Shown here piece after piece: positions 1 through 9,451 of a stretch of 48,057 nt of DNA. The translations under genes and the position numbers were made by a program. The stretch is from a virus (Duplodnaviria > Heunggongvirae > Uroviricota > Caudoviricetes), in IMG/VR virus record IMGVR_UViG_3300048091_000424. One strand, 5' to 3'. Every line of letters starts with the position of its first letter. Position 1 is the first letter of the stretch. Under the pieces are notes generated by a model. It searched no databases, was not told the origin of the DNA, and was given only the letters and a program-made list of their open reading frames with translations.

Positions 1-834
1 TTATGGGGTCATGCTCTCTGAGGTAGGTTGCCAATTCTTTAGCTTAGGGTTGGCATTGTGAATCTCGGTTCTGACCTCCCTGCCCCGTCCTTTGTTGAAC
101 ACCAACTCATACCTATGACCACCGCGTTCAAGCAAAGTGATCAACTCATCGACTTTGTCCTGGTTCAGCGCCTTGCCATTGTTAAGGCCGATTTGCCGGT
201 CTGTAATAATGGTGATGCTGGAAGGCTCCTTCAGCTCTTTGACACCCTCGATGAGCCCTTGGATGGCCAGTCGGTTTGCATTGGTTTTGGTGAGGATCGC
301 TGATAGGTGCAGTGAGCGTTCTTTGTCGTCGACCTTTACATGGTAGGAACCGGTTTGCGAATGGATGTCATAGGTTCCAATCGACAGTAGTCTGACCTCT
401 CGCATATTCGTCCGCCTATTAGTCTCCCCGGTCAGTGATGCGACCAGTGTGTCAGCGTATCCCACGACGGATCGTAGCGGCTCCCCTCTCACCATCGCAA
501 TTGCCGCACGGTGATAGCCATCCCAGAGCTTGGCGCCGGCATGCGCGACACCGACGATGACAGGCTCACTGATGCCCTTTTCGATCATGGCTTGGTACAT
601 CTGGCCGCGAGGGTTTCCAATAGAGTTGAAGAACTCGATCTCGTCCAAGATCCATGCAGAAGCACTTTCCCTGGACTCAAACGCATGGATCTGTAAGGGA
701 TCTATGGACTCAAGCTTCCACAAGCCCTGTTCAGGTTTGAAAAAAGATGACGACCCATCATTATGGTCTTCGAAGTGTTCTGCAGCGTAAGCCTGAAGCT
801 GTTCGGCGCTCAGGGATGCCCAATCTGTATTCAC
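1..834 (-). CDS. ParB/Sulfiredoxin-like N-terminal domain fused to a degenerate RNase HI-like domain
   Basis: EPVIV...LWDGYHRAAIA is a ParB/Srx-type motif. The C-half TNANRLAIQGLIEGVKELKEPSSITIITD aligns with RNase HI TNNRMEL...LKEPCEVTLYTD, but the acidic residues equivalent to D10 and E48 are missing. Confidence 0.6.
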   Translation of the reverse strand: MNTDWASLSAEQLQAYAAEHFEDHNDGSSSFFKPEQGLWKLESIDPLQIHAFESRESASAWILDEIEFFNSIGNPRGQMYQAMIEKGISEPVIVGVAHAGAKLWDGYHRAAIAMVRGEPLRSVVGYADTLVASLTGETNRRTNMREVRLLSIGTYDIHSQTGSYHVKVDDKERSLHLSAILTKTNANRLAIQGLIEGVKELKEPSSITIITDRQIGLNNGKALNQDKVDELITLLERGGHRYELVFNKGRGREVRTEIHNANPKLKNWQPTSESMTP

Positions 835-851
835 ACTGTCACCTTATTGTG

Positions 852-873
852 AAAACGGCTGCCTGGGCAGCCG
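852..873 (-). terminator. Probable intrinsic terminator after the 894..2180 gene
   Basis: On the minus strand CGGCTGCC-CA-GGCAGCCG is followed by TTTT. Confidence 0.45.
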
Positions 874-893
874 CGTATTATTTTGCTTCACGA

Positions 894-2180
894 CTACAGG
901 CTTGGCCCATCTGATGGGTAGGTGGAGAAATCGTGTTTTTTAATCTTGTCAGGGCCATTCAGGGCATCCACGACCTGACGCATTGGTAGCTGCTGGTCGA
1001 AATCCAGGTACATGGCAGTCTTCAGCAATACCGTTAGGTACACGGAGGCTGGATCGTCACCATCTTCGATCTCCTCGATGTCTGGAACATCCTTGGCGAG
1101 CGTCTTTTCCAGCCACAATGGGTGTCCAGAACGCTCATTCATGATGTCCATGCTCTCACCGCAGCTGACATCTAGCATCATCGCCCCAAGCACGATTTTT
1201 GAGTCTTCAAAATGCTGAATCAGCATTTTCTGAAGGCAGAAGATACCTTTCTTGTAAACTTCGCGCTGCTGAGTGGGCATTTCACGGAGCTCATCTTCGA
1301 AAGCAACTCCAGCGCGCCTGAGCTTGTTTTTCTCATGGCTCAAGACGCTCGTGAAATCGCTCAAGAAAGACGTTTTCATGTATTGGCCGTTCCGTGAAAC
1401 GACGTTGATGTCTGCGGTAAATTTTCGAATAGACAGCAAGTGAGGGTTAGCCAAAACTTCGGCAACTTCCTTAACTTTATTTGAGCAAGCTCTTCCCGTA
1501 GGAATTTGATTCGGTTCGTTATTTAGCAGTTCAGTTAGGGTCTGACGACTTTTTTCAGTTGGCTTAAGGACGCCGCTGTCATTCAGCTGAATAATATAGG
1601 TTTTGAAATCGATCCAGGTTTGCGAATTCTGGCCATTAGCTTGAATTACATTAGCTATATCAACTATCACATCAGAGTTGCGATTAAGAACATCGTCAGA
1701 ATAACCGAGAAGCTTCTCCGGAGCACGTAATGCTAACAAAGCAGCTTTTCGAACACCCCAATCATCACCGGCAACATCAAGAATCATGTGGTCTTGCTGG
1801 GCAGTGAAGCCCTCCTTCATGCCGGAAATAACTTCACGCTTAGTTGATTTAAGAAGTTCCCAGACTTTTTCTAAACCTTCACCAGCGCCTTCATGCACGT
1901 TACCTGCTACCGTTCCAAGCGCTTGCAAGAACCCTTTAGCAGCCTCGGCGCCATGCGGCAGGTTATGGATTGCTTCAAGCGCCTGATGACACGAGCCACT
2001 CGTCTCAATAGCTTCATTCGTCAAGTCTTCACATAACTCGAGGAAGTCACGTGAGTTGATTTTCAGGTGGCTGTCCCAACCTTCAAGATAAGGGTGCACT
2101 TGCGGGTACTTTTGCTGGTCAGTGATCAAGGTTTCAATGGTGAGAAAGTGTTCTGCAAGCTGCTCAATTGGTCTAGCCAC
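894..2180 (-). CDS. Hypothetical protein (428 aa) with DGPSL C-terminal tail
   Basis: Long ORF with helical composition, GTG start; no family recognised. Confidence 0.75.
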   Translation of the reverse strand: MARPIEQLAEHFLTIETLITDQQKYPQVHPYLEGWDSHLKINSRDFLELCEDLTNEAIETSGSCHQALEAIHNLPHGAEAAKGFLQALGTVAGNVHEGAGEGLEKVWELLKSTKREVISGMKEGFTAQQDHMILDVAGDDWGVRKAALLALRAPEKLLGYSDDVLNRNSDVIVDIANVIQANGQNSQTWIDFKTYIIQLNDSGVLKPTEKSRQTLTELLNNEPNQIPTGRACSNKVKEVAEVLANPHLLSIRKFTADINVVSRNGQYMKTSFLSDFTSVLSHEKNKLRRAGVAFEDELREMPTQQREVYKKGIFCLQKMLIQHFEDSKIVLGAMMLDVSCGESMDIMNERSGHPLWLEKTLAKDVPDIEEIEDGDDPASVYLTVLLKTAMYLDFDQQLPMRQVVDALNGPDKIKKHDFSTYPSDGPSL

Positions 2181-2296
2181 AATGATAAATCCTTGAGTGT
2201 TTCTCCCATGATAAACCCTGAGTAAGTCATTGGTTAAGTCATTTCACTGGAACACTCTTAAGTGACCGAGCACCACATAAAATCGAATCAAATCGG

Positions 2297-2797
2297 CTAT
2301 GGAATAGCTACAGCCGGCGCAGGCAGATTACCGATGATCGGCAGCAGTTTCAGATACTGATCGATAGTCGGCAGCTGAAGCGGAATGGAGGCTGGATCGA
2401 TATTGAGTCCGCTGTCCTTAAGGCGAAAGCGCACCGCTGCCCTGAACGCTTCTACATACCCAAAATCCTTCAGGCTGAATCTCACTTTCTGCCAGTTGGT
2501 GCCGTCGTGTGTGCGGGAGACAAAATAGGCCACGGTGCCCTCAATGGACAGAGACACGCCCGACAGGCTGCCATTGGGTTGACGACTCTTTATCCTCAGA
2601 TTTGGCTTGTCCTTATGGCGTGGGCCAATCCCGTGTTCTTTATACAAGCTGTCCCGGTAGTCCAGGGCCGCGAAGAGCGCTCCCCGCTCGCCATACTGGT
2701 TCTTCGAGAACTCGCGACGAACACCGAAGCGAACCATGCGCACCGAGTACCCCAGTTCAAGGGTTATGATGTAGCTCATGTCGTATTTCGGGGCCAT
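2297..2797 (-). CDS. Tandem AP2-like DNA-binding domain protein
   Basis: Two AP2-like repeats (REFSKNQYGERGALFAALDYRD and SGVS...VRFSLKDFGYVEAFRAAVRFR). Start placed at MAPKY; the ORF is open to 2944. Confidence 0.55.
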   Translation of the reverse strand: MAPKYDMSYIITLELGYSVRMVRFGVRREFSKNQYGERGALFAALDYRDSLYKEHGIGPRHKDKPNLRIKSRQPNGSLSGVSLSIEGTVAYFVSRTHDGTNWQKVRFSLKDFGYVEAFRAAVRFRLKDSGLNIDPASIPLQLPTIDQYLKLLPIIGNLPAPAVAIP

Positions 2798-2967
2798 AAC
2801 ATGCTCGGTCGGTCTGAAAAAAGGCCGGCATTGTACCCACCATTGGCGATCATTCCCATGACCGAGGTGCTGAGTGGCAATCTTGTTGAGGTGGGACGCT
2901 GATTTGGAGGCAAAAGGTAGATTTGGAAGCAAAGCCAGGCTCATCGAGAACCTGGCCCCTCCCCGGC

Positions 2968-4008
2968 TTACTGAACTTCTTTTAAGAAGCTGCCATCGAT
3001 GGTGAAGTCGGCGATCTTGGTGTTTTTCACCATGCCACCGAACGCGTTCTTGCCCCTGAAGGTGGAGATGACGCGAATGTATGTGCCCTTGTCGACGTAC
3101 TTGGTTTCGACGTGGTCGTAGCTATCGGGATCATTCATCGCGTCCTTGATCAGACGCTCAAATTTGTAATGTGCGCCCGACCAGCCGCTGAATTGTCCTT
3201 CGATTTTCTTCTGTCGCTCGGCTTTGGCGGTTGCTGCAGCTTTCTCTGCAGCTTCTTTGGCGTACTGGGCATCCCGTACTTTCGTGAAGCGCTCGAGTTT
3301 TTGCTGATATGACTTGTTTGCCGGTTCCAGTGCGACCAGTTGGGTGTAGATCATGATCGCCTGGGTGTAGTCAGTGGCCGAGACCGACGCAAGTTGCCCG
3401 GTGAGAGTGGCGACTTTAGCCTGGCGGGCCTTTTCAGCCTCGGCGCGTTCTACTTCATCCTTCAGAGAAACGTACCGATTCAGGATCTGGTCAAACTCCG
3501 GGTCTCGAATCGCAAGGATGAATCGATCACGGATCGCCTTGGCCGTCGCCAGGCTCTTACCGTCTACCGCCGTGGCAAATTCCGCAAGGACTGCATCCCG
3601 ATGTTCGGCAAAGTAGGCCTTGGTCGAGTTCAACTGAGCTTCTGCCTCTGCCGTACGCTTGGCTTCAGCAGCTTGCGCATCCGCCAGGGCTTTGATTCGG
3701 GTTTCTTCCGCTGCGTCTGCGGCGACCCTGGCCGTGTGCTCATATAGCACGTACGTCGAGCCCGCTAGCGCGAGAAGAACGATTGCCACGCGAATCTGAA
3801 GAGGATCATCGGCGGAGAGCCATGCCAAGATTCGAGCGAACCCATACGGGCTCACCACGGCGCCGAACATGATCAACATGAGGCCGGCGATCCAGCTCTC
3901 CTTTATGACCATGGCGCCAAACACAACCAGGGCGAGCGTTACCACCCACCACAGGCTGTTGAGCTGACTGAATGGCTGGGACGAGGTTACAGGTATCGAT
4001 TTAGCCAT
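2968..4008 (-). CDS. Membrane-anchored coiled-coil protein with a conserved-looking C-terminal domain
   Basis: Three N-terminal hydrophobic segments, Ala/Glu/Lys-rich stalk, C-terminal MNDPDSY...FRGKNAFGG domain. Confidence 0.75.
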   Translation of the reverse strand: MAKSIPVTSSQPFSQLNSLWWVVTLALVVFGAMVIKESWIAGLMLIMFGAVVSPYGFARILAWLSADDPLQIRVAIVLLALAGSTYVLYEHTARVAADAAEETRIKALADAQAAEAKRTAEAEAQLNSTKAYFAEHRDAVLAEFATAVDGKSLATAKAIRDRFILAIRDPEFDQILNRYVSLKDEVERAEAEKARQAKVATLTGQLASVSATDYTQAIMIYTQLVALEPANKSYQQKLERFTKVRDAQYAKEAAEKAAATAKAERQKKIEGQFSGWSGAHYKFERLIKDAMNDPDSYDHVETKYVDKGTYIRVISTFRGKNAFGGMVKNTKIADFTIDGSFLKEVQ

Positions 4009-4013
4009 GTCGT

Positions 4014-5009
4014 TTACTCCTTGTGATCCAGGGTGGCGATACCGCAGTTCAGCTCAAAGCCTTTACCGGTGGCCCAGACGCTTTTGCTGAGGAACAGGCG
4101 GTAACCTTCGAATTCCACTTCAAAGGGCTTGCCCTGGGCTATACGCTTGGCCAGATCGGCTGGCGCCTCTCCCACAAGGTTGCTGACCATCTGCGTGCAG
4201 ATCGTACCAAGGGTTTTAGTGTCTTTAGCGGCGTTGGCGGCTTGGTTTACGTTGAGCATGATTTTCACGCGGGTGACTTGGGTGCTTGTACCCCGGCCAT
4301 ACAGTGCGAGGTTATTGGGGAGCCCAGCAGTGCCGAGTTCCTTGTAAGGGGTTGCACAGGAGTAGACGTCCTCTTCTAGCAACGAATATCCGCTAGGGTT
4401 AACCTGAAAGCCGGGCACTTCGGTCAACGCGTTGCAGGCGTCCAATGGTGTGAATGGCGACCCAGCTGCGGCGTATGTAGGTTGGCCAGGGGCTAACAGC
4501 CCAATCGCCAGAATAGCGGCAGCCAGGCGACTGATCAGTACCTTACCAGGCTGGTACTTCGGTTCGCCGGTAAAGAATGTGACTGCATCGGTGTCACTTT
4601 CTACGGAGCTAATCAGTGTTTTGATGTCGTAGTTTTCAGGCAAGGAGGCCTGAGCAGCCAGGTCTTTGACGAAGTGGTCACAGAAAGTCGTGAAGGAAGT
4701 ACTCACGGCTTGCGAGCCTTTCACACGAGAGCGCGTTTTGGGCGAAAGCGACTGGAGGACGATGTTAGTGACGAAGGTCGAAACGGTTTCGCACCAGGCT
4801 GATTCGTCGATCATCTTGAAGCCTTTGTCGACGATGCCGTTGTTTCGCTTAGCCTTCAACTCTTCGAAGTGCTGCTGGACTTGCGCAAATGTTACTTTTG
4901 CAAACTCCGCATAGTCACTGTGGCGTACCCAGCGCAAGTAGTAGCCGCGATAGAAAATGAACGTGAATACCGCCCACGCCACGCACAAACCAACCATGGT
5001 CGTCTTCAT
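4014..5009 (-). CDS. Hypothetical membrane protein; C-terminal half resembles DUF6030-type proteins
   Basis: N-terminal TM segment and internal signal-like segment (LAAAILAIGLLA). The NNLALYGRG...KIMLNVN motif was recognised from memory only. Confidence 0.6.
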   Translation of the reverse strand: MKTTMVGLCVAWAVFTFIFYRGYYLRWVRHSDYAEFAKVTFAQVQQHFEELKAKRNNGIVDKGFKMIDESAWCETVSTFVTNIVLQSLSPKTRSRVKGSQAVSTSFTTFCDHFVKDLAAQASLPENYDIKTLISSVESDTDAVTFFTGEPKYQPGKVLISRLAAAILAIGLLAPGQPTYAAAGSPFTPLDACNALTEVPGFQVNPSGYSLLEEDVYSCATPYKELGTAGLPNNLALYGRGTSTQVTRVKIMLNVNQAANAAKDTKTLGTICTQMVSNLVGEAPADLAKRIAQGKPFEVEFEGYRLFLSKSVWATGKGFELNCGIATLDHKE

Positions 5010-5131
5010 AAAACACCTTGCTCCTGATCCCCGAAGTAGGCCTAGTGGCCAAAGGCATCCACGATGAACGCCGAGGTGATCAAAAGCAAGGTTTTCGACT
5101 TAAAAGAAAAGAATTTATGTCTGATCGGGCA

Positions 5132-5668
5132 TTAATCGAGTTTGATTTTCAGTGCTTCCTTCGTAAGAAACCCGTCAATCTTCGCTTCGATATTTTCGCC
5201 GGTAAGTGCGAAATAGGCCTGGGCTTTGGCTCTGGCCGCATCTTTTATTTCATTCAGACCTTTCACCGTGGCGTCGGCTGAAAACTGATAAGGCATTCCC
5301 GAGTTGAAGATGATCTCGTCTACTTCTTCGGCGAGGTTGTCAGCTAGTTGGTGTTCCGCGTTAGTCAGTAGCTTTGGCCTCTTCGACCAACGATACAGGC
5401 GTTCCTTGCGGCGTTTTAAGCCTCCTCCGATAGCGCTTGGGACAAGAATGGCCAGGATCATCACCAAGCCCATTGTTTGCGCCCAACCGCCTTTTGCACC
5501 CAAAACGGCCATGCACAAGCCGATAAAACCGATGGGCCAACGCAGGTCTTCCGACCCTTCGGGGTAGCCCTGTGGTTCGTACATGCTCTCCAGGAGCGAA
5601 TGAACAACAATCCCAACAATTGCCAAAACTATCAGGCACAGCTGCCAGGTTTTCAGATCTGCAAACAT
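5132..5668 (-). CDS. Hypothetical membrane protein
   Basis: Three hydrophobic helices followed by a basic juxtamembrane segment. Confidence 0.65.
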   Translation of the reverse strand: MFADLKTWQLCLIVLAIVGIVVHSLLESMYEPQGYPEGSEDLRWPIGFIGLCMAVLGAKGGWAQTMGLVMILAILVPSAIGGGLKRRKERLYRWSKRPKLLTNAEHQLADNLAEEVDEIIFNSGMPYQFSADATVKGLNEIKDAARAKAQAYFALTGENIEAKIDGFLTKEALKIKLD

Positions 5669-5770
5669 GATTTCCGTTGCTCGGTAGTCAAATTGAAGTG
5701 AACCATCGGGTCAGTTGATCTGAATGCGCCGCAGCGTATTGCCGGCGCATCCAGAGAAACAAGCTGAAGG

Positions 5771-7258
5771 TTACTGGTCTGCTGTGGCTGCCAGTGGGTG
5801 CTTGTCGTGAATATCCGTTCCCACCATGAACTTCGGCTGGGGCGCCAATCCCAGATGCTTCCGGGTGAATTCATCACATTCATGCAAGCTGGTGATCTGG
5901 TCTACACGGGTTTCAAGATCATGAAGGTCTACCTCCCCACGGAAAGCCTTCATCAGTCCGTGCTCAAGGGCAACGTGGCCACCCTCGTTACGGTAGTGAG
6001 CAAAGGCAGCCACATCGTTGCCATCCTTGAAGTGCTGGCGCATCACAGCGTCTGGCTCAATCACTTCAGCCGCCATAGTGAATCCAGTAACTCCAGATTC
6101 GCAGTAGGAGCAACCGGCTTCATATCGAAAGCGTAAACCCTCTATGGCCTTGGGTGTTACGTACCGGTGGATGCGCTCAACCATGTCACCTTTGTAGTCG
6201 CCCATAGCCTTTAACTGATCAAAATCAATAGCGCAATGTGGGCATACAACCGGCAAGAGGCTCTGGTACATGAGCGTCGATAGCACGTCACTGTCACCAA
6301 GATGTTCGTCGGTGACGCCGAGCGTGCGTAGTCGAGCGACGATATCAATTGCGCTGGAAGCATTCACGCTGGTGCTGACCAGATGACCGCTGCTGACTAG
6401 GTGTAACATCAATTCCGCGCTGGTTTCGTCCCTGAGCTTTCCGCAGAGGGTAATATCAGGATCAGAACGCATTGCACTGCGCACTGCTGCTTCAAACGGC
6501 GAGGTTGATTTGCATTTTTCCACTGTCGTGCCGGGAGTTTTTGTCGAATCGCGCTTTCTTGCGATCACCTGACGCATCAAAGCTAATTGGGTCAGCGACT
6601 TCCGAGAATATGACCCCGACATGATGACGACGCCTTTTTCCTTCTCAATCGCCTGGCGGACGGTTTCAATTTGAGCCGGTGTATAACCGAGGTCATTCAG
6701 GTTTGCAGGTGGGCCTATTCGCCGGGTTTTCCGTGCCAAACGGTGAAGGGATTCATCGTTCATGTGATCCATCGGATCGTTTACCGGCACCCACTTGTAC
6801 GACAGGCACTCATCGGTGTTGATCTTTACAGCCTCAACCTTGCTGGCCTCAAGGGCATAACGTACATCGATATGCCAGTGAGCTGGCTCGTTCTTCTTCT
6901 CGCTGGCTGGAATACGATGAATGTCGATGTCGAAGATGCCGTCGACCAACTGCTTCAAGTTGTGGAGCCCGACTTCCTCGCTCACTTCTCTCAAGCAGGC
7001 CTGCAGAGCAGTTTCGTTTGCATCTACGTGGCCACCAGGAGGGCAGAATTTGTTGTACTTGGCGTGTTCAATCAGCAGTGCGTGCGTCCCCTCCTCGTTG
7101 AGGATCCAACCTGACGCAGTCACGTGAGCCAGCGATGGGCCGCGCTCAAACAAATCACCGTTGCCAGCAATCAAGCATTTGAGAATCACCGAATTTTTGG
7201 TGGACGGGTTCTGTTTAAGATAAGCAGAAAGCTCTTCGCGCATCGCCGATTGAATCAT
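5771..7258 (-). CDS. Nudix hydrolase fused to a degenerate PilB/GspE/PilQ-family ATPase
   Basis: Intact Nudix box GHVDANETALQACLREVSEEVGL. The C-part has MRSDPDITLCGKLRD, GHLVSTSVNA and the CPHC...CSYC zinc motif of secretion ATPases. RBS AGGAG precedes ATG 7258. Confidence 0.85.
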   Translation of the reverse strand: MIQSAMREELSAYLKQNPSTKNSVILKCLIAGNGDLFERGPSLAHVTASGWILNEEGTHALLIEHAKYNKFCPPGGHVDANETALQACLREVSEEVGLHNLKQLVDGIFDIDIHRIPASEKKNEPAHWHIDVRYALEASKVEAVKINTDECLSYKWVPVNDPMDHMNDESLHRLARKTRRIGPPANLNDLGYTPAQIETVRQAIEKEKGVVIMSGSYSRKSLTQLALMRQVIARKRDSTKTPGTTVEKCKSTSPFEAAVRSAMRSDPDITLCGKLRDETSAELMLHLVSSGHLVSTSVNASSAIDIVARLRTLGVTDEHLGDSDVLSTLMYQSLLPVVCPHCAIDFDQLKAMGDYKGDMVERIHRYVTPKAIEGLRFRYEAGCSYCESGVTGFTMAAEVIEPDAVMRQHFKDGNDVAAFAHYRNEGGHVALEHGLMKAFRGEVDLHDLETRVDQITSLHECDEFTRKHLGLAPQPKFMVGTDIHDKHPLAATADQ

Positions 7259-7503
7259 GGTTCGCTCCTGGTGAATGACGCGCAATCCTATCACTGCGTT
7301 TTATCCACGCCCACAGATATATAGCGTAAATTGCCACGCATTAGACCTGATCACTCTTGCGCAGGAAGGATGGATGTCTACCTACAAGAGTAGAAGACAA
7401 CGATCTAATTTTCTATTCCTTCTTGATCCTGGAACCTTCGTTTGCGGGCGTCTGCCGGCCACTGGTAAGCTGAAACGAGATGAACTGAATCAAGGGATAT
7501 CCA

Positions 7504-8292
7504 ATGAACAGACTCAGATACGTCCTCCAAACTTTCGGCGAGATGCTGTCTGAAGGTCGGGGCCACATGGATTCACTGAAGCTCCAAAGTAATGCTGAGT
7601 TTCATACCCTCTCCTTCGCGGAAAGCACCTTCCCAGAGCCTAGGTCAGCTGCTTTCAAGGCCTTCGAATTCAAAGCCAAGGTGGTTGAAGGCGAATCGCC
7701 GGCGAAGACCCTCTTCCGTGAGATGGTGACCGCCCCGGAGAGCGTCTACAAGGTGGCCAAGCTGTTCAGTACCTACAATCTTCACAGACATGTGCGCCTT
7801 TTGTTTGAAGATATCAAGGAAGTCCAGCAGCTTCACAAAGGCAAGCTTGGCCTGTTCGATGCGTTCACCAAAGAAGGTGGCGATGACATTGAGGCCTACT
7901 TTGTTCGACCAGAGTGTGCAGATCGACATCCAGACTTGTTCATGAAGGCTCAGATTTCTCCGAATCAGGCCGTCGTCGACAAGCTGACCGCGCTGGGGAT
8001 GTACAGGAAAGTGGCGTTGATCCCTGCCCTCTCTAACGTTGCCCTGGAGGATGTGGCAGAGCACGTTTATTCCACGCTTCAGAACGAGCAATTGAGCTGG
8101 AAAGATAATGCGGAAATCATCACCATGACCGACTTCGCTCGTTCAATGGGCGTGGGTGACGTGTTGTTGTTCGGCAGCAATGCTCACCTGGTGAAGGGTT
8201 CAGGTTTCGAGAAGCTTTCCGGCTTCTGGCCAAGGGAGCCTGAGGCTGAGGTTGCCAGACATGATTGGGGCCCTGAAAGCCCCGGCATGTAA
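7504..8292 (+). CDS. Hypothetical protein with C-terminal YodL-like domain
   Basis: DFARSMGVGDVLLF...AHLVKGSGFEKL resembles the YodL motif (SLSVSDVV...YVDSFGF); ends ESPGM. Confidence 0.65.
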   Translation: MNRLRYVLQTFGEMLSEGRGHMDSLKLQSNAEFHTLSFAESTFPEPRSAAFKAFEFKAKVVEGESPAKTLFREMVTAPESVYKVAKLFSTYNLHRHVRLLFEDIKEVQQLHKGKLGLFDAFTKEGGDDIEAYFVRPECADRHPDLFMKAQISPNQAVVDKLTALGMYRKVALIPALSNVALEDVAEHVYSTLQNEQLSWKDNAEIITMTDFARSMGVGDVLLFGSNAHLVKGSGFEKLSGFWPREPEAEVARHDWGPESPGM

Positions 8293-8360
8293 TCGGACAC
8301 TGCGGGCGCCTATTGGCGCCCTGATCACCACGTAAGAATCTGCCCAAAGGTTGAAAGTGA

Positions 8361-8619
8361 ATGAATAGGCTCAGAGAATTTTTTTGCCTACAAAACCTTT
8401 CAGCAAGAAGGCTGGCACAAAAATCCGAACATCCTTACCATGGCTGACTACCCTCGCCCCGCCGCTGTAGGGGATGTTTTCGTCATTGATGCAGAGCCAG
8501 CTCGCTGGTCTGAAGTTATGTTGGATTCAGGATTCAAAAAGCTTGCGAGATTTTGGCCGAGTAAAGTGGACGAAGATCGCCCTGTAGCCAATTATGGCTG
8601 TAGTGGCCCAAGCCTCTGA
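8361..8619 (+). pseudogene. Shortened, frameshifted paralog of the 7504..8292 YodL-like gene
   Basis: Starts MNRLRE (paralog MNRLRY). After a T7 run the +1 frame reads YKTFQQEGWHKNPNILTMADYPRPAAVGDV...SGFKKLARFWP...SGPSL*, which aligns with the paralog's C-terminal domain. A 59-aa in-frame ORF also starts at ATG 8440. Confidence 0.6.
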
Positions 8620-8689
8620 GCTGCGATTAAGCGCCGGCCTGTGGGAGGCGCTCTACATTTTAAACAAGAAACCACTAAGGGTCTGTTCT

Positions 8690-9403
8690 GTGAAAATCAC
8701 CATCCCGAAGGATTACCACCAGGCCTTTCAGGCCTCGATCCTTATCGCGAAACTCATCGAGCAAGGCAAGTTTACCGCCGCGTTTGATTCCATCAGTTTT
8801 TCGGAAGAGGCGAAGATCAACTCCCTTGCTTGGGGTACAGACCTTTCCAAGCGCCGGGAAATTCTTCAGCGGTGTGAAACCCTGCTCGGACTGCACGGTT
8901 ACAAGCCCGAGGAGGAGAGAATTGCCCTGCTTGATGCTTTCTCCGCCCAGGTGTCCGACAAAGATGCATCAGTCATTGTGCTGACCGTGACAGATAAGGA
9001 AGCCCAGATCCTGGTCGATGCGCTTGAGTCGTATACCCGGCTATCTTTGGGTCAGGTTGATGAAGCGCTGGATGACTTTTCTTATGGAACAAAGCCTGGT
9101 GTGAGTCGTCAAGACAGCGAAGTGATCAATGAGATGCGCTTGCTGGCAATCACCACCGGTGGCGCTTCTTTCGGCATCACCAACAGCTTGCTTCCTGACG
9201 ATGCGCGAAACGGTTGGATGGCGAAAAAGGTGATCGACTATCACCTCGCGTACAAACATCGTCCAGAAGGTGGTGTGGGCTTGCGCTACGACAAGCCGAT
9301 GAGGATTGGTAGCTGTTCTGACCAGGACATCACCATCGACGATCCAGAGTTGAACCACACCCGCAAAATCGTTCACGTCACCCCTTCAGGGCCGGCGTTC
9401 TAA
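8690..9403 (+). CDS. Hypothetical protein with SGPAF tail
   Basis: The ORF track start at 8594 overlaps the upstream mini-paralog; GTG 8690 has a TAAGGG RBS. Confidence 0.65.
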   Translation: MKITIPKDYHQAFQASILIAKLIEQGKFTAAFDSISFSEEAKINSLAWGTDLSKRREILQRCETLLGLHGYKPEEERIALLDAFSAQVSDKDASVIVLTVTDKEAQILVDALESYTRLSLGQVDEALDDFSYGTKPGVSRQDSEVINEMRLLAITTGGASFGITNSLLPDDARNGWMAKKVIDYHLAYKHRPEGGVGLRYDKPMRIGSCSDQDITIDDPELNHTRKIVHVTPSGPAF

Positions 9404-9451
9404 AATTGATTCACCTTCGGCTCCATCAACATACTGGTTAAAACCCTGTTG

